Assembly (NCBI GenBank): GCA_963977445.1
Contig: CAXBPH010000045.1
Location: 1-34,085, forward strand
Direction: 5' to 3'
Source: an uncultured bacterium
GTDB taxonomy: Bacteria; Hydrogenedentota; Hydrogenedentia; Hydrogenedentales; JAEUWI01
Length of the DNA: 34,085 nucleotides
A program made the position numbers and the translations under genes. The notes under the pieces are model-generated. The model made no database searches. It was not told where the DNA came from and saw only the letters and a list, made by a program, of their open reading frames with translations. Positions 1 to 7,280 of the stretch are shown here, piece after piece. How positions within the stretch are numbered: position 1 is the first letter of the stretch; each line of letters starts with the position of its first letter.

Positions 1-1324
1 GATTATGAAACGACTCGGTCGCGGTGGCCTTGGTCAGATTGCAACCCGGTATTGTCACGGTTGTCTGTGCTTCCAACTCGGACCGGGACAGGAATCCGTC
101 TTGATTGCTGTCCAGGGTGTCAAACTGAGCCGTGGTCAAGAGCGAAAGGGACGCGGCGACCTCTACGCGAGACAGACGGCCATCGTTATCGGAATCGGTG
201 CTGGTAAAGCTACTCAAGAGAGATTCAGCCGCCCCGTTCAGGGTCAACTCGCCTTCGCCTTCGCCTTCGCCTTCGCCTTCACCTTCACCTTCACCTTCAC
301 CTGCGTTTTCGGGAACGACTCGATATACCGTGCCATTGATGGTCGAGCCGGGGGCGAAGTCACCTACCCGAATGTTGACGGTATCTGTCGCGCTATTAAA
401 TAGTACCGAATAGTAGAGCCCTGTTCCCTCGGCAGGCTGAAGCGTGTCGAGGAGCGGCAGGCTGGTACGTCCATCGGGCTGATTTTGTGTCAGAAGGGCA
501 GACTCACTGAAATCAAAACGTTTGACGCCATCGTTACCCGGATTAAGCAGGGTCAGGTTTGACGTTATGGCAGGAATGCCTCCGGTAAGGCGGGCCTCAT
601 CGGTCATCACTTCGTTGCCTGATTCCCACGATAGCGTCGTGGTATTGGCGTAAGCCGTCAGCAGGTTCTGCAATTCGAAGGCCCGCAATTCGCCCGTATT
701 GCCATCCATCGCAAATACAAGTTCAGGCGTGTCGTGAAGTATCGATACCGTCGAGGAATAGCTACCTTCCGGTTTCTGGATGAGCGTCGCCTTGGTCGTC
801 TTGTCGTAGGCAGGTTTTGTAACTACCGGTACCAATCGGGATTTGCTCGCCGAAAGATCAGTGATAATCAGCTCACTCGGTTCTCCAAAGGTACCCGCAT
901 CAAGGAGCACCAGGTCGTCGTTGAGGAAAATCCCATCAAAATGCCCCACATTGGCCACCAACGCAGTCTCCGAATAATCTACGGGACTTTCAGTGTCAAA
1001 TCGGTACAGATTGCCACTGAATCCAGCACCCAACAGTGCATAGCGACCGTTTGGAGCCAGTGTGAGGAAGGCCGGGTCGCCCGCATAGCCGGTGGCGATC
1101 ACCTCAAAAGAATCTTCGTCTACAGCGACTTGGCGATAGATGGAATTGCCGTCCCAAACGAGGAGGCGTCCATCCGGCAGCCCGGCGCCCACCACCCCAA
1201 AGGCACTGGCATCGGCCTGAGGAAAGTTTTCATACGTAACGAATTCTGCTGCCCGCGAGACGGGGGCAACAAGGGTGATAAGGCCTAAGATAAGTCCTAT
1301 GGTCAATCGAGTGTGTGTAAACAT
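1..1324 (-). CDS. Secreted beta-rich (probable beta-propeller) surface protein with (GE)9 linker, two EF-hands and a Gly-Cys tail; 3' end runs off the window
   Basis: Manual translation: ATG at 1322-1324 (AAAAGGA upstream) opens 441 uninterrupted codons to the window edge. It begins MFTHTRLTIGLILGLITLVAPVSRA-AEF (signal peptide), has beta-strand repeats such as LPDGRLLVWDG and LAPNGRYALLGAG, then (GE)9, DSDNDGRLSRVE, DSNQDGFLSRSE and PGC. It is absent from the ORF track because it has no stop codon in the window. Confidence 0.9.
   Translation of the reverse strand, partial: MFTHTRLTIGLILGLITLVAPVSRAAEFVTYENFPQADASAFGVVGAGLPDGRLLVWDGNSIYRQVAVDEDSFEVIATGYAGDPAFLTLAPNGRYALLGAGFSGNLYRFDTESPVDYSETALVANVGHFDGIFLNDDLVLLDAGTFGEPSELIITDLSASKSRLVPVVTKPAYDKTTKATLIQKPEGSYSSTVSILHDTPELVFAMDGNTGELRAFELQNLLTAYANTTTLSWESGNEVMTDEARLTGGIPAITSNLTLLNPGNDGVKRFDFSESALLTQNQPDGRTSLPLLDTLQPAEGTGLYYSVLFNSATDTVNIRVGDFAPGSTINGTVYRVVPENAGEGEGEGEGEGEGEGEGELTLNGAAESLLSSFTSTDSDNDGRLSRVEVAASLSLLTTAQFDTLDSNQDGFLSRSELEAQTTVTIPGCNLTKATATESFHN
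248..301 (-). repeat. Hexamer tandem repeat encoding a (Gly-Glu)9 linker
   Basis: Plus strand reads ctc (gccttc)x5 (accttc)x3 acc, which is GEGEGEGEGEGEGEGEGE on the minus strand. Confidence 0.95.
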
Positions 1325-1500
1325 AGCGAAACGGTATTCCTTTTGCAGGGAGCCAAGCCAGACGTAAAATAACGCGCAAAGCGTGGCGGCCCTCCCAGTG
1401 ACCACAAAGGTGGTCGTGATTCGAATGGACACAATTCACCTGTGTCCTTGGTGTGGGAGAATATGGAGAGGAGCAGGTTGCTCATGAGGCGTCCCGTCCC

Positions 1501-1677
1501 GCAACAGTTTTCCCGCGAACTGTCGCAAAACCAACCATGCAGAACAGATATTCTGGCTTCCGGATCGACCTACTGACCGCGCCTTCCCTTTCCGCTGGAA
1601 AAGTGGCTATTGCGGTGTTCGTCCCCGGTTACAGCAGCGCGACTGCGACGGATTTGCACCGTCTTTCCCGTATCTGC
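1501..1677 (-). ncRNA. Cobalamin (AdoCbl, class I-like) riboswitch
   Basis: Minus strand: GCAGATAC-GGGAA-AGACGGTGCAAATCCGTC-GCAGTCGCGCTGCTGTAA-CCGGGGAC...GCCACT...GGGAAGGC...CCGGAAGCCAGAATATCTGT. This has the GGGAA, T-loop P4, P5, CTGTAA, GCCACT/GGGAAGG and B12-box elements. The downstream P13 hairpin (1501-1526) has loop CGCGG, complementary to L5 UCGCG. Confidence 0.93.
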
Positions 1678-1713
1678 GTGGGACCGATGGCAGCGAGGCC
1701 ATCGACAGGGTGA

Positions 1714-1743
1714 AGTATACGCAGGCGTTTCAGGTGGTGTCAA
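1714..1743 (-). promoter_or_regulatory. sigma70-type promoter upstream of the riboswitch
   Basis: Minus strand TTGACA-N18-TATACT, about 35 nt before the aptamer. Confidence 0.75.
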
Positions 1744-1871
1744 TCTGAGTCGCCTGCGGGCAGGTTGAATTCGGGCTACAGGGCACCTTTAGGAAACCGG
1801 TGTCGGCTTTACCGGGTCTAAAGATACTGGTGTTAACTATGTGGCCTGTAATGCGGAAAAGGAATCCACCC

Positions 1872-2831
1872 ATGCGTTCTATATTGCTCCTCAGTCTGAC
1901 CTTGTTCGGACTTGTCTCTCTGGCTGCTGCAGAGGAACCCACGTTTGGCGAACGGCTCGGCTGGAAAGCCACCGACCGAATCCTCATTATGCACAATGAC
2001 GATGTGGGCATGTCGCACGAAAGCAATCTGGGGACGATCGAAGGCTTTGAAAAAGGCATCATGACTTCCAGCAGCACCATGATGCCCTGCTCCTGGGTCT
2101 TGGAGTGGCGGGACTATCTGCTGGAGCATCCTGAGATCGACAATGGACTCCACCTTACCCTGACGTCGGAGTGGAAGCATTACCGGTGGCGTCCCGTCGC
2201 TGGTGCTTCGGTCGTGCCGGGCCTGGTGGATGACGAAGGCTACATGCACCGTCAGGTACTGCAGACCATTACCAATGCGTCGGCCGATGAAGTGGAAATA
2301 GAAATTCGTGCACAGATCGCGTTGGCCGAGAAAATGGGCCTGACCGTGACCCATATGGACTCCCACATGGGTACCTTGTTCTACTCCAAAGACTTCCTCG
2401 AGCGATACATCAAAGTGGGCATTGAAAAGCAGATTCCTATCATGATGATGAGTGGACGGGGCGAGCCGGAAAAGGAAATCCAGCGTCAATTGATGCCCCA
2501 GATACAGGCCGCCGCCAAAGTCGTCTGGGAAGGCGGTCTGCCCGTCCTGGATTACCTCATCACGGAGACCAAGGACACGGGAAAGACGGAGGAGATGATT
2601 CCCGCGCTCGTCCAGCGTATTCGTGACCTGAAGCCGGGAATTACCCAGATTATTCACCATGGAACGGACACAGGGTGTAATTTCCATGCCATATCCTCTT
2701 CCGGCGGCAAGCGTACGGCCGAACTCCAGATGACGCTGAGCCCTGAAGTGAAGAAAGCCATCGAAGAAGAAGGAATCATCCTGACGACCTATCGGGAACT
2801 GATGGAACGTCGCAAAGCCGTTAAGGAATAA
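1872..2831 (+). CDS. Secreted ChbG/HpnK/YdjC-family carbohydrate deacetylase
   Basis: Motifs LIMHNDDVG, GLHLTL and THMDSHMG; signal peptide MRSILLLSLTLFGLVSLAAA; AAGGA upstream of ATG 1872. Confidence 0.9.
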   Translation: MRSILLLSLTLFGLVSLAAAEEPTFGERLGWKATDRILIMHNDDVGMSHESNLGTIEGFEKGIMTSSSTMMPCSWVLEWRDYLLEHPEIDNGLHLTLTSEWKHYRWRPVAGASVVPGLVDDEGYMHRQVLQTITNASADEVEIEIRAQIALAEKMGLTVTHMDSHMGTLFYSKDFLERYIKVGIEKQIPIMMMSGRGEPEKEIQRQLMPQIQAAAKVVWEGGLPVLDYLITETKDTGKTEEMIPALVQRIRDLKPGITQIIHHGTDTGCNFHAISSSGGKRTAELQMTLSPEVKKAIEEEGIILTTYRELMERRKAVKE

Positions 2832-2862
2832 GCAACGGCCCACAAGATATGTAACCTGCATT

Positions 2863-2928
2863 GCCCTTCAATTAAAACGGACAGACCCTTCGGGGCCTGT
2901 CCGTTTTTATGATTTTAAATTGAAGGGC
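2863..2928. terminator. Bidirectional intrinsic terminator within an extended inverted repeat
   Basis: AAAACGGACAG-ACCC-TTCG-GGGC-CTGTCCGTTTTT, flanked by GCCCTTCAATT/AATTGAAGGGC, between convergent genes. Confidence 0.8.
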
Positions 2929-2971
2929 GGGCTTGTGCACCGTCGTTTTTCGCGAACGCTCGCCCCGGCAA

Positions 2972-5824
2972 TTATTCCTTTGTTTCGGTAATTAACACGG
3001 GCGTGCCAATGGGGAGTTCTTCAAAAACTTTGACCACATCGTCATTCAACAGACGCACACAGCCGTGGGACGATGGTGTGCCGATGTTTTCCTCGCCATT
3101 GGTGCCATGGATATAGATGCACCGTGTTTTGGAATCAACCAGAACGCCATCGGACCGTGTGCCCTTATTTCTTCCGGGCTCCATACCGTCGAGCCAGAGT
3201 ACCCGTGTCAGGACGAGGTCTTCCTTCACGTCATCGCCGGCCTTCCAGATTTCTTTCGTGGCCTTTCTGGAGCGGAAAACCTGACCCCAGGGGGCATTTT
3301 CGCCAAATTTTTCCGACACGGTGTGCCATCCCAATGGGGTCTGAAGACTGCCTGATACCGAGCCTGTACCCGCGCTGGCGGTAGCGCAGGGAAGGGTCTT
3401 TTGCAGCGCCCCGTTTTCAATGAGATGGAACCGCTGCCGATTGACATCAATCCAGACGCCCAGGCGATCCCCCACCCGGCTTTGCCAGTCGAACTCCTTG
3501 AGGCGTTCCGCGCTTAATTCGTCCACTACGGGACCTCCCTCGCTGACTTTTTCGGTTTCCGTACCGTTGCTGGTAACTGCGATGCCCTTGGGGGCCTGAA
3601 CGTCCACCGCGACGCCATCAGGTACCGTCAGGTGATACCCATTTTTCGGGTCGTAGCTAATAATCATCGTACCTTTGGGATGAGGCACGGTCAAGGTCAT
3701 CGCCGGGAGCTTGGCAATGCCCGGCGGGGCAAAGCGCACGGTGTCCCAACCCGGTGTGCCGGGTGTTACGCCCAGAACATATTCCGCAATCAGATAGATG
3801 GGACTACTGCTCCAGGGATGGCACCAACTTGTGTTCCACTTCTGGTCGGGGCCCCAGGCTTCCAAACACGTGGTAGCACCGGCCCGGAGCATTTCTTTCC
3901 AGCTGTGCTCTGAATCGTTGGTCAGGAGGGCGTATCCCAATTCCGCGTCACCGGCGCGAAAACATGCCTCAATGACATACGAAGCGATATAGACGCCGCA
4001 ACTCAGCCCCTTGTCCTTTATCAAGGCGATCATTTTATCTTTGTCCGCGCCTCGGGTGAGGCCAAAAGCCAGGGGGATGGCGTTGGCATGGAGTGCACTA
4101 TGGGTAGAGCCCGGCGCATCCAGATAGAGGCCCGTTTTCGGGTTTACCAGCTGGCTGGCAAAGGCTTCTGCAACGGTCTCGGCCTTGTTCGAATAGGCCG
4201 AACCGTCACGCCCCAATTCAAGCTCAAGGCGCGCCGCGCACTGGAGTGCACCGTAGTAGAATCCGTTCAGCACGGTGTTCGCTTTGTCTTTGGAGTAGTC
4301 GTAGTCATAGTTGTCGCGCAGATTCTCCGGCCAATCTACGAGGAGCCATTTTTCAGGACGGTCCAGACCAACAATAAGACCGGATTCATCGACGAAACTT
4401 CCGTAGTAATTGAACAAGCCGGGGAAAACGTGATCCACCATGGCCTCGAGGAAGGCCCGATCACCAGTGTGCTGGTAGTAAAATTCCAACATGAGCGGAT
4501 ACTGGAGCGAGTATTCCGCAATCTCCTGCATAAAGTGTCCCGGGGCAACAGCCATCATGCCGGGGTCAATCTGGCAGGAAAGATAAAAATCGTAGAGTGC
4601 TTTCTTGGTCAAGGTGGGATCGGCCGTCAACCAGAGATGGGAGCGGGCCGTGATAACGGCGTCACCGAGATATTGCCCTTTTTCCCGGGTGGGACAATCG
4701 AGGAAGCCCCCCTGTGATCCCATCTGGACGCCACGCTTACAAATGTCGAAAATGCGCATCAGCGATTCGTCTTCCGATGTGAAGGCGCTCGCCTCTGCAT
4801 CGAAGGGATGGTGGCGCACTTCCACCCAGACCTCGGGCTTTTCCGGGGCGTTGAGGACCTCCATATAGCGAAAGGCGCGGTAATCATAGAAGGAAATGAC
4901 ATCCTGTCCCCCCGAAAGTACCGGTTTTTCTTCATACGTCATACTGGCCCGAATCTTGTAGCGCACGCGTCCCGATTCATCGAGCTCTTCGCCATGACGA
5001 ACCGTGAGTACCTGACCGGCCTCGCCCTGGAGCGCCACACGGGTGTGGCCGACGATTTCGGTGCCAAAATCGTAAAACCAGCCTCCATCATCCAGCGGTT
5101 TTACCAGGGTCGGCTCAACCCGATATCGTTGAAGCGGTGCCGTCGCCTGTTGGGTAAACTGATGGTCTTGTCGGCCGATCAGGGGTGCCACCCAGTCTGT
5201 GTCGTCGAAGCCCACATGTGTCCAGCCGACGGGTATGAGGCGCATATCGATATGCTCTAGAAACTGGGTGTCATATCCAATATCTTCGATGCCAGGAAAG
5301 GCCATCAGGGGGTGGATTCGCCAGGATTCATCGGAAACGTAGGTGGCTGACGTGCCATCGACGTAGGTGACCTTAAGTTTGAGGATGAAACCGGACCGAT
5401 TGTCGGCACTCCCCCACACCCTGTTGCGAAGTCCCTGATAGAAGGAATGACTGGCAAGACAATTGGTGCCTTCTACCAGATACTCCGTCACGTCGAGCCA
5501 GTAATAGGGATAGGAAAAGTAATAGCCACCCTCCGGCCCCTGCACGACGGGCTGGCCGTTGATGGAAAACTTATAGTAGTCGTCCCCGGAAATGAAGAGT
5601 TCAGCGCGGGCGGGCTTTCCGGACAAGGTAACTTCTTTCCTCAACAGGGTGTGAATGTTTTGTGGACCCGCCAGTGGCGGTGGGTCAACCTGCTCACGAT
5701 GAAGAAAGTTAACAATCGGCGCGTCGGCCATCCGTGGATCACGGAGCCACTCAGCCTCGTCAAACACGTCAGCCCAAAGGGGACCGGCAATCAATACAGA
5801 CAAGATGAGAATAAGACGGTACAT
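2972..5824 (-). CDS. Secreted GH78 alpha-L-rhamnosidase-family protein fused to a C-terminal L,D-transpeptidase (YkuD) domain
   Basis: GGAGGA RBS, then MYRLILILSVLIAGPLWA (signal peptide). GH78 motifs ISGDDYY, YDFGTEIVG, DCPTREKGQYLGD, ATTCLEAW and SWCHPWSS. The C-terminal ~165 aa carry TPLGWH, LTRVLWLDG and IYIHGT...SHGCVRL. Confidence 0.9.
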   Translation of the reverse strand: MYRLILILSVLIAGPLWADVFDEAEWLRDPRMADAPIVNFLHREQVDPPPLAGPQNIHTLLRKEVTLSGKPARAELFISGDDYYKFSINGQPVVQGPEGGYYFSYPYYWLDVTEYLVEGTNCLASHSFYQGLRNRVWGSADNRSGFILKLKVTYVDGTSATYVSDESWRIHPLMAFPGIEDIGYDTQFLEHIDMRLIPVGWTHVGFDDTDWVAPLIGRQDHQFTQQATAPLQRYRVEPTLVKPLDDGGWFYDFGTEIVGHTRVALQGEAGQVLTVRHGEELDESGRVRYKIRASMTYEEKPVLSGGQDVISFYDYRAFRYMEVLNAPEKPEVWVEVRHHPFDAEASAFTSEDESLMRIFDICKRGVQMGSQGGFLDCPTREKGQYLGDAVITARSHLWLTADPTLTKKALYDFYLSCQIDPGMMAVAPGHFMQEIAEYSLQYPLMLEFYYQHTGDRAFLEAMVDHVFPGLFNYYGSFVDESGLIVGLDRPEKWLLVDWPENLRDNYDYDYSKDKANTVLNGFYYGALQCAARLELELGRDGSAYSNKAETVAEAFASQLVNPKTGLYLDAPGSTHSALHANAIPLAFGLTRGADKDKMIALIKDKGLSCGVYIASYVIEACFRAGDAELGYALLTNDSEHSWKEMLRAGATTCLEAWGPDQKWNTSWCHPWSSSPIYLIAEYVLGVTPGTPGWDTVRFAPPGIAKLPAMTLTVPHPKGTMIISYDPKNGYHLTVPDGVAVDVQAPKGIAVTSNGTETEKVSEGGPVVDELSAERLKEFDWQSRVGDRLGVWIDVNRQRFHLIENGALQKTLPCATASAGTGSVSGSLQTPLGWHTVSEKFGENAPWGQVFRSRKATKEIWKAGDDVKEDLVLTRVLWLDGMEPGRNKGTRSDGVLVDSKTRCIYIHGTNGEENIGTPSSHGCVRLLNDDVVKVFEELPIGTPVLITETKE

Positions 5825-5909
5825 TGGACTCAAAATTCCTCCGGGTTTATCGCCGTAGTGTATCAAGGTTTGCCCGTAGGTTCCCACTTGCCGGGTTCCA
5901 AACGCCGGG

Positions 5910-5938
5910 TTTACAAACAATTACTCATTGGGTATGAT
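5910..5938 (+). promoter_or_regulatory. Putative sigma70 promoter for the 6032 gene
   Basis: TTTACA-N17-TATGAT. Confidence 0.5.
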
Positions 5939-6031
5939 GGCTTCTGAGACAGGGAACGTTTATGCAATCGGCATGACATGATGCTGCCTATGGCTGCATC
6001 GTAGAAAACGACATCGGAGGAGCGCCTCGCT

Positions 6032-7186
6032 ATGGCAACGGTAAAAGGTCCAAGTCGTGTATTTCTTGCGCGATTTAAGAACGACAAGAAGAAGTACATC
6101 CATATTGAACCCTTTAAGGTCGAGACGCAGCACGACTTCGGCAAAATTAAGAAACCCCCTTCTGCCGCTGTAAAGCGGATGGACAAAATAGCCACCGCTG
6201 TCCTCGACCGCTACGAAAATGTCTGCTACAAAACCATCGTCGATATGGACGCCAAGATAACTGGTATCGTTGGTAAAGCAAAAGCGTCAAAGAATGCGGC
6301 CACAGAGCTGCCCAAGGCGGAGGCAGAAGCCCAGAAAATGGCGGATCGCACCATCGCCATGGTGAAGAAGGCGGCGGCGGCGGTTCAGGGAGCGATCGAA
6401 AGCGAAGTTCAAAAGGCCTTGGCGAAAGAGAAAAACTTCGCAGAACTCCTCGTTGAGTATAAGGTTAAGGTCGTCTACAACATCGGCAAAGAGACGGTTT
6501 CCGTTACCATCAATGTGCTTCGACTCGTGGGTACGGGGGGCGCCGATTTGAGTGCCTGGAAGGGGCTGGTTACTTCGGCCGTGGCCATTGGAAAGGTGGT
6601 GAAAGACGCGTCAAAAGGCGAAAAATCGGTGCGTAAGGATATGGATGGTGCCATTGCTGATCACACCAAGAATCTCTGGAAAGAAGACGCCTACAAGAAA
6701 AAAGATAAGAAGACTCTGAAGGACCGGGCAAAACACTACTGGCAGAAGCACAAAAAGACCGGTGAAAAAGCAGCGGCAAAGCTGAAACGCTATGATGTTT
6801 ATATTGGCGGTCTATTTAAGGATATTAACAAGGCCGGCGATGACGTTGATGCGAGCTGGAAGAAACTGGACAAGCAAATCGCTGCGATGCCGGGTGGATT
6901 CAATAATCCGAAAGCCAAAAAGGCCGTTGCGTCTATGGGCCCCGCGATTCTAGGGATGAAAAAGAATTTGAAGGCCATGGGCGTCATGCTGGAAGAGAAG
7001 ATGGCGTATGCGGACGATATGGCCATGTTACTCACCGAACAGGGCGTTGCGGTGGACCGGGACAGCTTTCAGAAAAAATGGCGTGATGGACGGGCGACAA
7101 AAGACCTCCTCGCCATATCGAAGGAAGTCTTTTCGTCGGCAAAGAGTATCAAAACGTTGGCGGAAGAGATTGGCAAGTTAGTGTAA
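6032..7186 (+). CDS. Lys/Ala-rich helical hypothetical protein with a central Gly-rich hydrophobic segment (effector/toxin-like)
   Basis: 384-aa ORF with GGAGGA RBS and its own terminator; no signal peptide; segment TVSVTINVLRLVGTGGADLSAWKGLVTSAVAIGKVV. Confidence 0.85.
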   Translation: MATVKGPSRVFLARFKNDKKKYIHIEPFKVETQHDFGKIKKPPSAAVKRMDKIATAVLDRYENVCYKTIVDMDAKITGIVGKAKASKNAATELPKAEAEAQKMADRTIAMVKKAAAAVQGAIESEVQKALAKEKNFAELLVEYKVKVVYNIGKETVSVTINVLRLVGTGGADLSAWKGLVTSAVAIGKVVKDASKGEKSVRKDMDGAIADHTKNLWKEDAYKKKDKKTLKDRAKHYWQKHKKTGEKAAAKLKRYDVYIGGLFKDINKAGDDVDASWKKLDKQIAAMPGGFNNPKAKKAVASMGPAILGMKKNLKAMGVMLEEKMAYADDMAMLLTEQGVAVDRDSFQKKWRDGRATKDLLAISKEVFSSAKSIKTLAEEIGKLV

Positions 7187-7208
7187 TCGACGAATTGCAT
7201 TCGTACTG

Positions 7209-7241
7209 AAACGGCGCTCCCATGACGGGAACGCCGTTTTT
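7209..7241. terminator. Intrinsic terminator, probably bidirectional
   Basis: AAACGGCG-CTCCC-ATGAC-GGGAA-CGCCGTTTTT between convergent genes. Confidence 0.8.
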
Positions 7242-7280
7242 ATTGTATCAATAGTCAATCTTTACTCAGGAAAGAGCCTA

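Noticed and set aside
248..301. Tandem hexamer as a CRISPR array or phase-variation tract
   Set aside because: There are no spacers, the unit length is a multiple of 3, and synonymous variation (GGC/GGT) indicates a protein-level linker.
5..1288. Plus-strand ORFs 5-403, 132-413 and 734-1288 (FAFAFTFT and SPSPSP repeats)
   Set aside because: They are antisense shadows of the real minus-strand gene; the repeats are other-frame readings of the (GE)9 linker.
1385..1450. Possible second, tandem cobalamin aptamer (minus strand GTCACTGGGAGGGC resembles GCCACTGGGAAGG)
   Set aside because: It lacks the GGGAA/T-loop/CTGTAA core and the B12 box; the match is too short.
1833..2861. 342-aa minus-strand ORF, and similar long antisense ORFs at 7419-8072, 12969-13748, 19116-19928, 28175-29059 and 32999-33952
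   Set aside because: Each lies largely or wholly opposite a well-supported gene and has no motifs; such ORFs are expected in GC-rich coding DNA.
5952..5963. GGGAACGTTTAT upstream of the 6032 gene resembling GGGAAGTTTAT (14317-14327, minus) upstream of the C80-like gene
   Set aside because: The match is short and gapped and lies at different distances from the starts (68 vs 28 nt); two instances cannot be told from chance.
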